A stretch of 64,000 nucleotides of DNA from Octopus bimaculoides (taxonomy: Eukaryota): NCBI RefSeq assembly GCF_001194135.2, contig NC_068992.1, positions 8,101,438-8,165,437 on the forward strand, written 5' to 3'. This document shows positions 1-11,322 of this stretch, in pieces. The translations under genes were made by a program, and so were the position numbers. Each line of letters opens with the position of its first letter. Positions within the stretch are counted from its first letter, which is position 1. The notes below the pieces were generated by a model, which made no database searches, was not told the DNA's origin, and saw only the letters and a program-made list of their open reading frames with translations.

Positions 1-620
1 CGTAAGCTTCAATGCTTAAATGATACACAGTATATACATAGAAGCACCATAGTTTCCGCCTACCAAATTCACTCAAAGTATTGATGAGTTCAAACTCATA
101 TTCGAAGGCACTTCTCCAAAATTCCACGGAGTGGAACTGAATTCTAAACCAGATGATCGCTAAGCGATCTTACTTAAAATTACGTTTTCTCCTTTTTTTT
201 TTTCTTTCTTTTGCTGTACATTTTTGTGAACATCGTTGGTTATAAACTTTCTAACGAATCAATCACTGGTTCACAACATTTACGATAACGAGAAGGGCAT
301 AAAAAGTATCCCAGCAACTACGGCGGAATATATTACTGTAAGGGATTATTATTAACACGCACCGGCTTCTCGGCAGTTTATTTTTTTCACTTGTGTGTAC
401 ATTCTCGACACACGTGTGATGACCTAGTTTCACCCGAGACATCAGTCAACCCGAGGTTAGAGTAGAGGATACTTGCTCAAGTAATTGCTGTGGGGTCGAA
501 CCATTAAGTTGTCTCCTTAAATATATAGCCATGGCCTAGTTTGGGGGTGGGTAGGGGCGGAAGAATTGTCTCCCAACTACTGTTTAAAATGATCTCGTTT
601 TATCTTTATTTAGACTCGTA
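1..620. promoter_or_regulatory. CpG-enriched segment, probably promoter-proximal start of intron 1
   Basis: 23 CpG in 1-600 by manual count versus about 6 in 3601-4200; no SNX exon 1 found in the window. Confidence 0.35.
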
Positions 621-1877
621 TATTACACAGATGATTGTGTAATATATTTTACGTATGTGTGTGTATATCTACGTATGTGTATGTTGTATGCTCGTTTGTC
701 CATCTACGTACGTATTTGTGTGTGTATGTATATATATATATATACATATATATATACACACACACACACACACATAAATATATATGTTTTGTATTTAGTC
801 TTTTATACAATATGCAGGTACAATTATGTATCCCTTGATGTGAAAAAATATTTCAGTTCAATCAATAAATAGATCGATAAAATAGGCAGCAGACGGAAAA
901 CAGTTAAAATGAATATGATTATTTTCTTTCTTTTATATATATCTTTTTTCAGTCTTTTGTCTGCTGTTATGAGGACTGGCTTGAAAGTCTAGTCCAGTCA
1001 AGGGCAAAACGGCCCGTGGAACCTTCTGAATGGCACGCCTAAAAATTAACCTTGAATCTTCTTAGTAGCACGGCCGGCCATGTCTCATGTGGCTTGCTTC
1101 TTGCAAAAAAGATTGTCCATGCTTGATTTAGTTGAGCAAATTGACCTCAGTGCTTAATTTTTTTTTAAAGTCTGGTTTTGTTGAACCGCTAAGCTACATG
1201 GCCGTAAACAAACCAACATCTGTTGTCAAGCGATGTATGTGTGTGTTGTCACAGGTACAGATACATGCTTCTGTACAGTTTCCAACAAAGCATTGAATGG
1301 CCTGTAGCCATAGTAGAAGATACATGCTTAAGGTGCTGCACAGTTGGGGTTGAACCTGACAGAAACCATTTGCTTGCAATGCAAGCTTCTTAACCGGACG
1401 TTGATGCCTGGAAATTATACTTTGTCCTTTTAGTTTCATGACTGTTGCCAGGTTCGTAACTACATAATGATCAATTCGATCTCTGCTGTATAGTAATTGG
1501 GGTATATTTCTTATAATAGGACTCGACTTGACTAATAGCTTCCAAGTGTGTGTGTGTGAAGGTATATAGGCTAGTGTTTAGGATGTTGCACTCCTGATTG
1601 TGAGTTCATGGGCTCAATTCCAAAAGCAGTGATGAGCAAAACACTTCATTTGACATTGCTGCAGTCCACTTAGCTGTAAATGGGTAACCCTTCGACTGAC
1701 CTGTATCTTGTTCAAGGGTAATGTAAGCCTGACTGCTTAGCCACAATCTGGTGGTTAAGGAAATTGAATAGAAAAACATTACAAAGTTATGATATAGAGG
1801 AGACATTGATGGAAGGAGCAACAGAATTGAGTGAGTGATTTATCAACAAAGAGTGTGTGTATGTGTAGCTTTGCGTT

Positions 1878-2201
1878 CCTGGCACTTGTGCCGGTGGCAC
1901 ATGAAAAGTCATTTGAGCGAGATCGTTGCCAGTGCCACTGGACTGGCTCCTGTGCAGGTGGCACGTAAAATACACCATTTTGAGTATGGCCTTTGCCAGT
2001 ACCACCTGACTGGCCTTCGTGCCGGTGGCATGTAGAAGCACCCACTGCTCTTGGAGTGGTTGGTGTTAGGAAGGGCATCCAGCTGTAGAAACTCTGCCAA
2101 ATCAGATTGGAGCCTGGTGTAGCCATCTGGTTCACCAGTCCACAGTCAAATCATCCAACCCATGCTAGCATGGAAAGCGGACGTTAAACGATGATGATGA
2201 T
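1878..2201 (+). mobile_element. RTE-LINE 3'-end derived repeat (family A) with (GAT)n tail
   Basis: Ends ...atggaaagcggacgttaaacgatgatgatgat; same sequence as the 3' UTR of the RTE fragment at 37760-38558. Confidence 0.8.
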
Positions 2202-3119
2202 TTTCCATGCTTGCATGAGTCAAGTAAAAGTACACTGGAGCCAAGGTTTTACATTCGGATACTTTTCCTGTTTCCAACTTCCCCCTCTTTCCAAGTGGGC
2301 TAATAATCTCCCAGTCTATCAAATAACTGCCTGGATATGTTTTCTGTGGAGAATTAGAACCAAGCGAGACCAGTTGAATGAGCCCTTGTTTACTAAGATT
2401 CTGCAACATGTCAAGATGGCTAGACCTGCTTTTATTGTGAACTGCAAGCAAATGACGCATTCAGCAAATGATTGTTTACAAACCAGTGAATACTAGAGAA
2501 TGACACACTCACACACACACACACACACACGGCAGGTTTCTTTTAGATTCTGTTTAGGGCTGTTATAGAAGGCATTTTCCCAAAGTCTCTTCAGAGAGAC
2601 CGAACTTGAAACCAAGTGGTTTGGAGAACACTTCTTTACCACACAGCCATGCAATATTTTCTGTTGGTTGGTTTCCCACTTTCTGAAAAAGCAGTTGCGG
2701 AGATGAGAGAGAGAGAGTGAGTGTACAAGGAGTGATGGATTAGAAACATGGGAAATTAACAGGGTAGGGAGTCGGCAGCTGGTGAGACAGTTGGTTGTGA
2801 GAAAAAGAATCCAGTTAAATATAGGGAGAGATTGGGAAAAAAATATAGGAGAGGAAGAGATAGCACGAGGAAGGAAGGAAAAGTGGGAAGAAGGGAGATA
2901 AAGCTCTGCCCTAGAGAGCAGTTATTAGATATTGTGATACTATAACAGAGGTATAAAGAGTAAGCAAACGAGAGAAAGAGAATGGTAGAAAATGATGGGG
3001 TAGAGGTTTTGGGAGAAAAAAAAAAGATGGAAATATATTAGATAAACTAGAGAGAGGTAAAAATAAAGGGTAACTGAAAGAACGAAATGAAACAAGAAAA
3101 TAACTGAAAGCAGTCCTCT

Positions 3120-3334
3120 GTGTGTGCATATATATATATATATACATACATACATATATACACACATATATATATATACACACACACACGCATATATATA
3201 TATATGTGTATATATATATATATACATATATACATACACATATATATATGTACACACACACATATATATATACATACATACACACATATATATATACACA
3301 CACACACGCATATATATATATATATGTATATATG

Positions 3335-3368
<34 letters not shown>

Positions 3369-3445
3369 TATACATACACATATATATATGTATACACACA
3401 CACACACACATATGTATACATACATACATACACTCTCACACATGC
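3120..3445. repeat. Compound (TA)/(CA) microsatellite tract
   Basis: About 325 bp of mostly alternating purine-pyrimidine sequence; source of several spurious ORFs. Confidence 0.95.
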
Positions 3446-6400
3446 ACCTTGGTTTCTTCTTAACTCAAATCTATCCCTTCATTCAGACTGATAAGACAGA
3501 TGAAACTGAAATTGATTGTGAACATCTGCAGTGAAAAAAAAAAAAAAAAAGAAAATTTAAATTTAAATTAAAACTGGGAGGTACGAACAGTTTCTCTGAA
3601 TGCTGAGATCAAAGACCTCTGCTGAAAACTCCATAAGAGCAGGTGGTACATGTGATTAGCAGTAGTAGCACTTGTGTATGTAGTATGCCAAGCAAGCTAC
3701 ACACATGAAATGTGTATGAAGTTATTTCACTTTAGTTTATGCCACCTTCTGCTGTATGTCAGGGTGGGGGAGACACGAATGTCAAGTATTCCATTCCTTT
3801 TCTCTTGTAAACGTGGCTACATGCTCAATTCAAATGCAATTAGTAGTTGTAGTAGTAGTAGTAGAAAAAGTCTGACATGACACAAGACTAAAAATTTTGG
3901 AGAGAAGTCAGTCAGTTATATTAACCTGCTACTTGACTTGTGTTTATTTTATTGATCTCAGGACAATAAAATGGTGAATATTTGAATGTAGAAAACAGTG
4001 CTGGAACGAGTACCACAAAATGTTTTAGCTAAATGCTCTAATAATTTTTATGTATCTACTAAACGTTATAGTAGTTGTAGTTTCTAATATATTCAAAAAA
4101 TTTTGGGAGGGAAGGGAACAGTCGGTTCATACCGACTTCAATAATTCATGTGTATTTTATCAACACCAGAAGAATGAAAGGCAAAGTTGACTTTGGTGAG
4201 ATTTGAACTCAATGGGAAGAGCTAGAATAAATACTGCAAGGCAATTTGTTTGATTCCAACCATTCTGATAATCCACCACTCATTGTCGGAATAACGTTGA
4301 GAAATGCCAGACACTAATCCCCTTCTAATCTATATTGGTCTGGAACATTGTATCATTGTACAAAACAAGCAGCAGTTGTGGTGGTGTATCTAGCTGTTTG
4401 TATTTTTTTCTTGTGTGTTTGTGGTAGGTTTGTCTGTGCTTTTGTGTACACAGTCACTCCCCAATTCCCAGATCCATCTACGACACTGTCAATAAATGCA
4501 GACATGGCTGTGTGGTAAGAAATTTGCTGTTCTACCATACAGTTTTGGGTCTAGTCCCACTGTACAACACCTTGGGTGTGTTCTTTAACCCTTGACTGAC
4601 GGAAGCCTTGTCTGTGGATTTGGTGGATGGAAACTAAAAGACACCTGTTGTGTCTGTGTGCGTGTATATATTATGTGTGTGCATTATGAATGTTACTTTT
4701 GTACAAGCTGTGTTCTTCATCTCCAATCTTCTGTGGAAACCTGTGCGAGGTTACCAGCATTGCCTTCTAGCACTTGTGCTGGTGGCATGCTAGAAGGCAA
4801 CGCTGGTAACGATTAGAATGTAGTTTCTGATAAGTAAAATGGAGGAATGGTCACTGTTGGAATGGCTTTGGTCATTGGTTTGTTGGGTGAAGGCTGATTT
4901 GGCTTTAGATAATACACTATTTAAGTCCATTTACTCTATTAGCCAATAAAAGAACTCCATACATGATTGCTCAGTTTGCTAGAAATAATAGCCCAGTCTC
5001 CCTTAAATCATACCTGTATTCTTTTAAAGAAAACACTTTTGATAATGATGATACTGTGTTCCCTGCACATAATATAACTTGATGGTCCAACTGGAGTGTC
5101 TTCAATATATCTCGACCCCATCAGAATTGACCTCTGGTCAAACCACTTGAACTCCCACCCACACTTCTGTGTACATCTCAGATTAATTTTTCCTCTTATC
5201 GTGATTAAAATAATAATCTTATTTTATTTTCAGTGTTTGCCTAGTTAACGCAGTTTTTCAGATTTCAAATATTTGTGTTTGTTGTCTCAAGTGTTTATAC
5301 AGCTGGATTTTACACATTTCTAATGTATATCCATTCTAACTCTGAGGTTGGAGTAGCATCAGCTTCACAGCTGGGGATATTTTTGTGATTGTGGGGTGCA
5401 AACATGGATCTGTGGTTAAGAAGTGTGCTTCTTCACCCACATGGTTTTGGGTTCATACCCACTGCATGTGTTTTATACCTTAGCTCCAGGCTGACCAAAG
5501 CCCTGTATGTACATACATTCCTGACACATTTCTGCAAATAGTCCTTGTTCATTGTCACATATCTGAACCTTTGTCCTGGCTTGCACAAAACACTCTGCAT
5601 TGGTGGCGTCCTACTCAAAAGTGACAGTTGTGGTAGTAGTTGCTGTTTAGCTGTAGGTCAGCCTCACTTGACACTGACAATGATTTCATTCAGGAGTTAA
5701 TCCCGGAGATTGGATTTCAATGAAACAAAAGTAAATGGATATATAATAAAAGGGATTTTCTCACTCCATTCTCCTTGTTTGTAATTATCTCTCTCTCAAA
5801 TATATATATGTGTGTGTGTATGTGTAAGTGGCTCCCATGGAGCAAATTTTTCACTTTCAGCATGCAGTCTCATCAAATTATATTATTAAAAGTGGATAAC
5901 ATTGAAATTAAGTTTTAACTTAACACTTTCTCACTCTATCCTAGCATGGGCTGGTGGGGTTATTATACACATTTTGACATTTAGATTCTTCTACCATTCT
6001 CCTCCTAGCCTAGCTGTAAATGCTGTAAATGTGACGTACTATCCAGACAGATATCTTACTTGATGATGGAGCCTTCTAAAGTAGGCTACAACACAACTCC
6101 TTCCAATGATGGTTGTTGATGTTGTTATTTAGTTTTAGTTCATCCCTGTTTAAGTATACCTGTGATGAAACATTTTTAGGCCGTGATCATCCTGGCTTTT
6201 TATTTTTCAGGAAGTGTTCATCCAGGACCACATTAATGCATTCTCCATCTTTTATCAGGTTGAGTAAAAAGTAAGCAATGTTTTGAACCATGAAGAATTT
6301 GTACAGGATTTTTGCAGAGTTTTGAATTTTTTTTTAAACATGTTTTTGCAATTGGCTGATAATACTTGCCCAAATGCATCAATAAATTAACATTGATTTC

Positions 6401-7482
6401 TCAAAATTTTGTAGCCTCCTGTCTATGATAAAAACCATTATCATTAGAGCCAGGAAACTAGTCAAAGCAATAGAAAGTCGGCTAAGGTACCTTATATACT
6501 GGATTAATTCAATTACCTATACTTCATTCTCTACAATATTAGCTTTGTACCATTAGATAAATAGGAAAAAAGAAAAAAAGAACTATTTAATATTTTTATA
6601 CTTTTATCTTAATTGGAAATATCCTATTTCGGATTTTGACTAATTATTTATTATATTGTAGGCTAGCAATTAAAATATTGCTGATTAGTGTTTTGATAAA
6701 ACAACTTTTTTTTTTGATTAGATAATCAGCTCTCAGATGGGAAAATAATTGCCCTCTGACATTTTCAGTAACCTATTTAGTTCTATGTTGTCACATTGTC
6801 ATATTACTTTAAATTGTCTATTGTTTTATATTGCAAGTTTTCTAGATTTTTTAAACTATTTCTATAATTTTAGTTTGACATCTTTCTTTTTTTTTTCTTT
6901 CTCCTCCCATTGCATAATGTACCTTGACTGGTTGATAATGAATGATACTGAATGATAACGAGATTTAACATTATAATTATTAGAGTGAAAGATTGTTATT
7001 ATTAGCTCCTTCCCCACCAAATTTCAGGCCTTGCCAATTGTAGACTGTTTAACCCTTGGTAATTCCTTATCAATGGCATTCCACTCCTGACTAACCCATC
7101 TTATATGCAGACAGTGTATCAAGGACTATGTTTTCAAATGGTTCCTTCCTTTTTTTTTTTCTTGTGAAGATGATGGTGTGTGATTTAGGGAGATCCAGAT
7201 GTTATCTCAGCTGTTAAACAATGGCATTAAGGCAGCCTCATTGGTTTGTGCGTCTAGTGTTGTGGGTCTGTAATCTTAATACAAGCAGTGGCTCCCTTGG
7301 ATCTGTTGTTGCTGCAACAGCAATGTTTGATTTTAAGTGCTCTGTGTAAAACTGAAGTTTTCATTTTATAAATTCTCACTACATCACTTTCTTACTAACA
7401 GCAACATATGTTTTTAAAATCTGCCCAGAAAATTTTCCTCTAATACTATATGAATTACAGTGTTGCTTTTCACGTTTTACAG

Positions 7483-7582
7483 ACAAAGAAGTATGAACCA
7501 GCCAGTCTCATCTTAAATGAGGAGAAAGATGGCCCAGCGAGTTTGCCGGAGGACAATCTGAAAACGGAGGATCTTTTCGCTG
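7483..7582 (+). CDS. SNX2: SNX1/2 N-terminal exon (TKKYEPASLILNEEKDGPASLPEDNLKTEDLFA-G), phase 0 to 1
   Basis: ttttacag acceptor, G|gtgagc donor; EPASL and EDLFA match the SNX2 N-terminus. Confidence 0.85.
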
Positions 7583-7828
7583 GTGAGCTTTCATATTCAT
7601 TTGGAAAACTCCTGTTTTTAAATATTACTTTGTTTTTCTTCTTACCCTGTTCTGATATAAAAATCTATTTTTGTTTTTGTTTAGATTGTCTGTAATGTCT
7701 CTTTGTCGTCCATGAATTGATATTTGGTTCGAATCAAATGAAATAGGTTTTCAGTTTTATGTCCTGGAATACTTGATTTTCTGCCACATTTGTGTAGGAA
7801 TATATTTAATAGCATGTTTTCTTTTCAG

Positions 7829-7906
7829 TTGATGCTTATCCACTTGAAAGCAATGCAGATTTATTAGATTATGGTGAAGAATTCCGAAAAGGAATATTGG
7901 ATCTAG
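7829..7906 (+). CDS. SNX2: Putative cassette exon (V-DAYPLESNADLLDYGEEFRKGILDL-G), phase 1 to 1
   Basis: cttttcag acceptor, G|gttagt donor, 78 bp, open in the SNX frame; no homology to SNX1/2 that I recognise. Confidence 0.6.
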
Positions 7907-8525
7907 GTTAGTTTGGCCAAAAGCCTACATGTCCTTTATGCTTCATGAAGACAATTTGTAGCTGGTTCGACTGCATCTTAGAACTGCATGTTTGTGCGTG
8001 TTACTTTATTTTTTGTTCTCATGTAGATGTGGCTTCACAATGTGCAGCTATTTTACTTATGGAAGTAGGATATTATATTATACAGAAGTTATTTCTCATA
8101 GGTATTAATCACTCAGACAGTCCTATTAGCAGATGATGCTTTATGACTAATTATTTACACAATCTATTTTTCAATTATTCTCAGTCATTTTTTTTTTGTA
8201 CTTTACCTTCAGTCTTTGTACTACAGCCACTACTATTTAAAAAAAAAAAAATCTGCATTATTTGTCCTAGAATGTTAAGTGACAAGTGGCCTTTGAATTT
8301 AAGTTTTATATAGTCTTAATTGTGTAATACAAATTATAACTACACTATAAATGTTAAATCATTCACTCTTAAAACTATAGAACTCTGAGTAACTCCTCCG
8401 TTTGCTGAAGACTGTAATGTACAGACTGAGCCTGCCTTGTCCATTTTCACTATAACTTCTACATTTTAATCAGCCGAGATTCCCCTGGATAGCAGTTTTG
8501 ATATGACACACTTTGACTGTTACCT

Positions 8526-8586
8526 TATCATGTTGTACTCTTGACCAAGGAGCTAAATGCTGCTTGGTCAAAGGTACAACGTGATA
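8526..8586 (+). ncRNA. Candidate intronic pre-miRNA-like hairpin
   Basis: 28-bp stem (24 Watson-Crick, 2 G-U, 2 mismatches) with a 5-nt loop; no expression evidence available. Confidence 0.45.
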
Positions 8587-8832
8587 CGCCACAAAACATA
8601 CTGAAATCTGGCAATCTGTTTGATTAATTATCTCCAGGTCATATGTCTTCTAGAGCTGAGTTGCAACTACTATTACAACAACAATCATTCTCGATATGTT
8701 CAGTGTTCTGTCATTAAATTAGTCTCTTTGTCTCCTGTTTTTCTACTGCCACAAATACAGCTATTGTCTTCTCACAATCGTTGTCTCTCTCTCTCTCATA
8801 CTTTGTTGATTAGTGATAACCATTGTTTGAAA

Positions 8833-9111
8833 GCAATTTGGAGATTACTATTACATGGAGGCAGACTTGAGAAAACTGCTGTTTGTAGACAAACTAAAGC
8901 TGACCCTTGTATGCGAGCAAACTGGAGATGACTGTTAAATATGAGCAGACTAGAGATGACTGTAAATATAAGCAGATTAAGATTGACCATTAAATATAAG
9001 CCGACTAGGGATGCCTATGAAAATCAGTGAGACTAGGAATGGCTATCAAATGTTGGCAGACTAGAGATAACTGTTAAATGTAGGTGGACAAGAGATGGCC
9101 ATCAGCTGTAT
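8833..9111. repeat. Diverged 28-bp minisatellite, 10 units
   Basis: Units approximating GCAGACTAGAGATGACTGTTAAATATAA at a 28-bp period (one unit 27 bp). Confidence 0.85.
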
Positions 9112-9918
9112 TGGTTGGTATTTAAATGAAGTTGGCTGTTTAGGCCAGACTACATCTTGACCATTTGAATATTTTAATGTATAGTCTAAGTTTCATGAGG
9201 ATTTGTCACAACATACTGGGCAGTGCAATGATGAGGTACTATTTTCAGTGAGACTGCGATGTAAATATTTGAAGATGATGATTCAGTCTCTTTTTATGGT
9301 GGCGGTGACAGACTGTTTTAGTTGAAGTCTCACCATAGACATTTCTAAAATGATCCAAGCAAGCAGAACTGGAATTCAGCATTGCAGAGTATATGAAACG
9401 CTTAAATTTACAATCGCACCATGATTATCAATAGTAAAATGTATCTGCTGCAAGGTGGGTTCAGTTAGTGAGTTATGTGCAGTAGCCATTCATATATAGA
9501 GCTACTTCAGTAATAGTTTGAATCTTTCAGTCACTATTAAATGCTCCATCAACACCTGTCCTTTAGCTAGAAGTCCAAATCCCCCTGTCAACCTGGCTTA
9601 CTGATAAGTGCATGATAACGTTTGATAGCTTTGTTTGGCAGCATGCATTTCAATTAATTGATACTAGATACTTTGGAACATGTTTTTTTATCTCAATGAC
9701 TCACTCTTTCCCTAGGTGCAAGGTGGATGTTATTAGCTGATCTACTGAGTAATTTTTTTTGTTTTGTTTCTCTTTGCTTTTTATGTTTCTAACTTTGTAA
9801 TGCAGATTATGTGAGGAAGATGAAAAAACAAAAAAAAAACAACAAACCACCACCTTCTGGTAAACAAGCTTGGTTTCTTTAAATTGATCCATAGACATCT
9901 ATTATTTAAAGATGATGT

Positions 9919-10132
9919 AAGGTGGTGAACTGGCAGAGTTGTTTGTGAGCATATGGGACAAAATGCTTAGTGGCATTTTATGTTCTGAGTTCAAATTCCG
10001 CCAGGGTTGGCTTAGCCTTTCATTCTTTCAGAGTCTATAGAATTTGTATCAGCTGAGCACTGGGCTTGATATAATCAACTTAGCCCCTCCCCTAAAATTT
10101 CAGACCTTGTGCCTATATTAGAAAGGATTATT
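9919..10132 (+). mobile_element. tRNA-derived SINE (family C)
   Basis: TGGCAGA..TTAG head, GAGTTCAAAT B-box-like motif, GCCTTTCATC central domain, tail ending gaaaggattatt; many related copies in the window. Confidence 0.7.
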
Positions 10133-11289
10133 TAAAGGTGGGGTTTTGTTAGGGTTTGCAACTGATTTTCTCAGATTTGAACCATTTGTTAATGTACATT
10201 GGATGCTGTTGTCATGGGCCCAAACTATACCAGAGCACCATAACAACAAGGAAAGAGTTGTATATATTAAGTAGGAGAATTCTGCTGGACAATTAGGTGG
10301 AATGGGGGCTGAAGTTTGATTTGTTGGATCTCTCAAGGAGAAAATAATGCTAGCAGAGCAGAACTCTCCTTATAAGGTTGTGTTGCTGATAATGGCATTA
10401 GTGAGTTGAAAGGCCAGTGAAGGTAGCCATCAGATGGCAAATCTGTTGAAGCAGCAGAAGTGATGCCTTCAGAATCAATGATGGATGATGCAATTTCTTA
10501 GATTTTCCCACCATTTATAACTGACCAACTAGTGTCTCAGAAATCCTTGTAATGTCTCATAAGATTAGACCCCTAATTCTTAAGATTATTGCTGCTTAAC
10601 AACCATTTCATCTGATATCATGAGTAGACAATTAATCTAATCCAGATTTTATTGAACCCCATGTCAGCCCTGAATGAGTAGACCTATGACCAAAAGCATC
10701 CCAGCTTTAACCTTTGTCTTAAATTTTTTTTCAGGTATTGTGTATTTAGGACTGTGTTATTCAATGTATCTTCCTTTTTTTTCTTTTTTTAGACAATAAA
10801 GTGTGATTTGAGGGAGATTTGGTTGCTATTTTTAGCAGGTTTAGTAGCGACATAGATGCTCCCTTCATTTATATTACCCAATAACTTGTTACTCTTGCCG
10901 TAAACTAAATTCTCATCCCTGTTACAATTTCCCGTCAAAAGCACTTCGTTCCTTTTGCATTATTAAACAGTTTCTGGAAAGAGCACAAATGTTAGCATTC
11001 TAGTTTCCCAGTCTTCCATCAATAATATATGCCTCCTAATCTTCATTGAAAGAAATCAATGAGTTTGACAAATGTGATAGAACTTAACAAACCTCAATTG
11101 CTGTACACTCAATCAAATTTGCTTCTTGCTTCAAGTCTTTTTGTGTCTTTTTTTTTTTTGTTTGTTCACACAAATTTTAATTTTTGATCTTTTAAATAAA
11201 TTTGTATTTTTGTTTATGTATTGTTGATTTTACCCACATTTGAGTTTTGTGTGAATAATGTATGTTGACACTAAATGCATGTATAGCTA

Positions 11290-11322
<33 letters not shown>

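Noticed and set aside
635-3534. Long ORFs such as 2911-3429, 2940-3443 and 3120-3534 in the ORF track
   Set aside because: Translations of TA/CA microsatellites (YIYI, HTHT, CVCV); the same applies to similar ORFs elsewhere and to ORFs spanning N gaps.
8833-9111. Regular array considered as CRISPR-like
   Set aside because: Contiguous tandem units without unique spacers, no cas genes, eukaryotic intron.
9200-9600. Possible decayed CR1/L2-type LINE coding remnant
   Set aside because: Many stops in all frames and no motif I can name with confidence.
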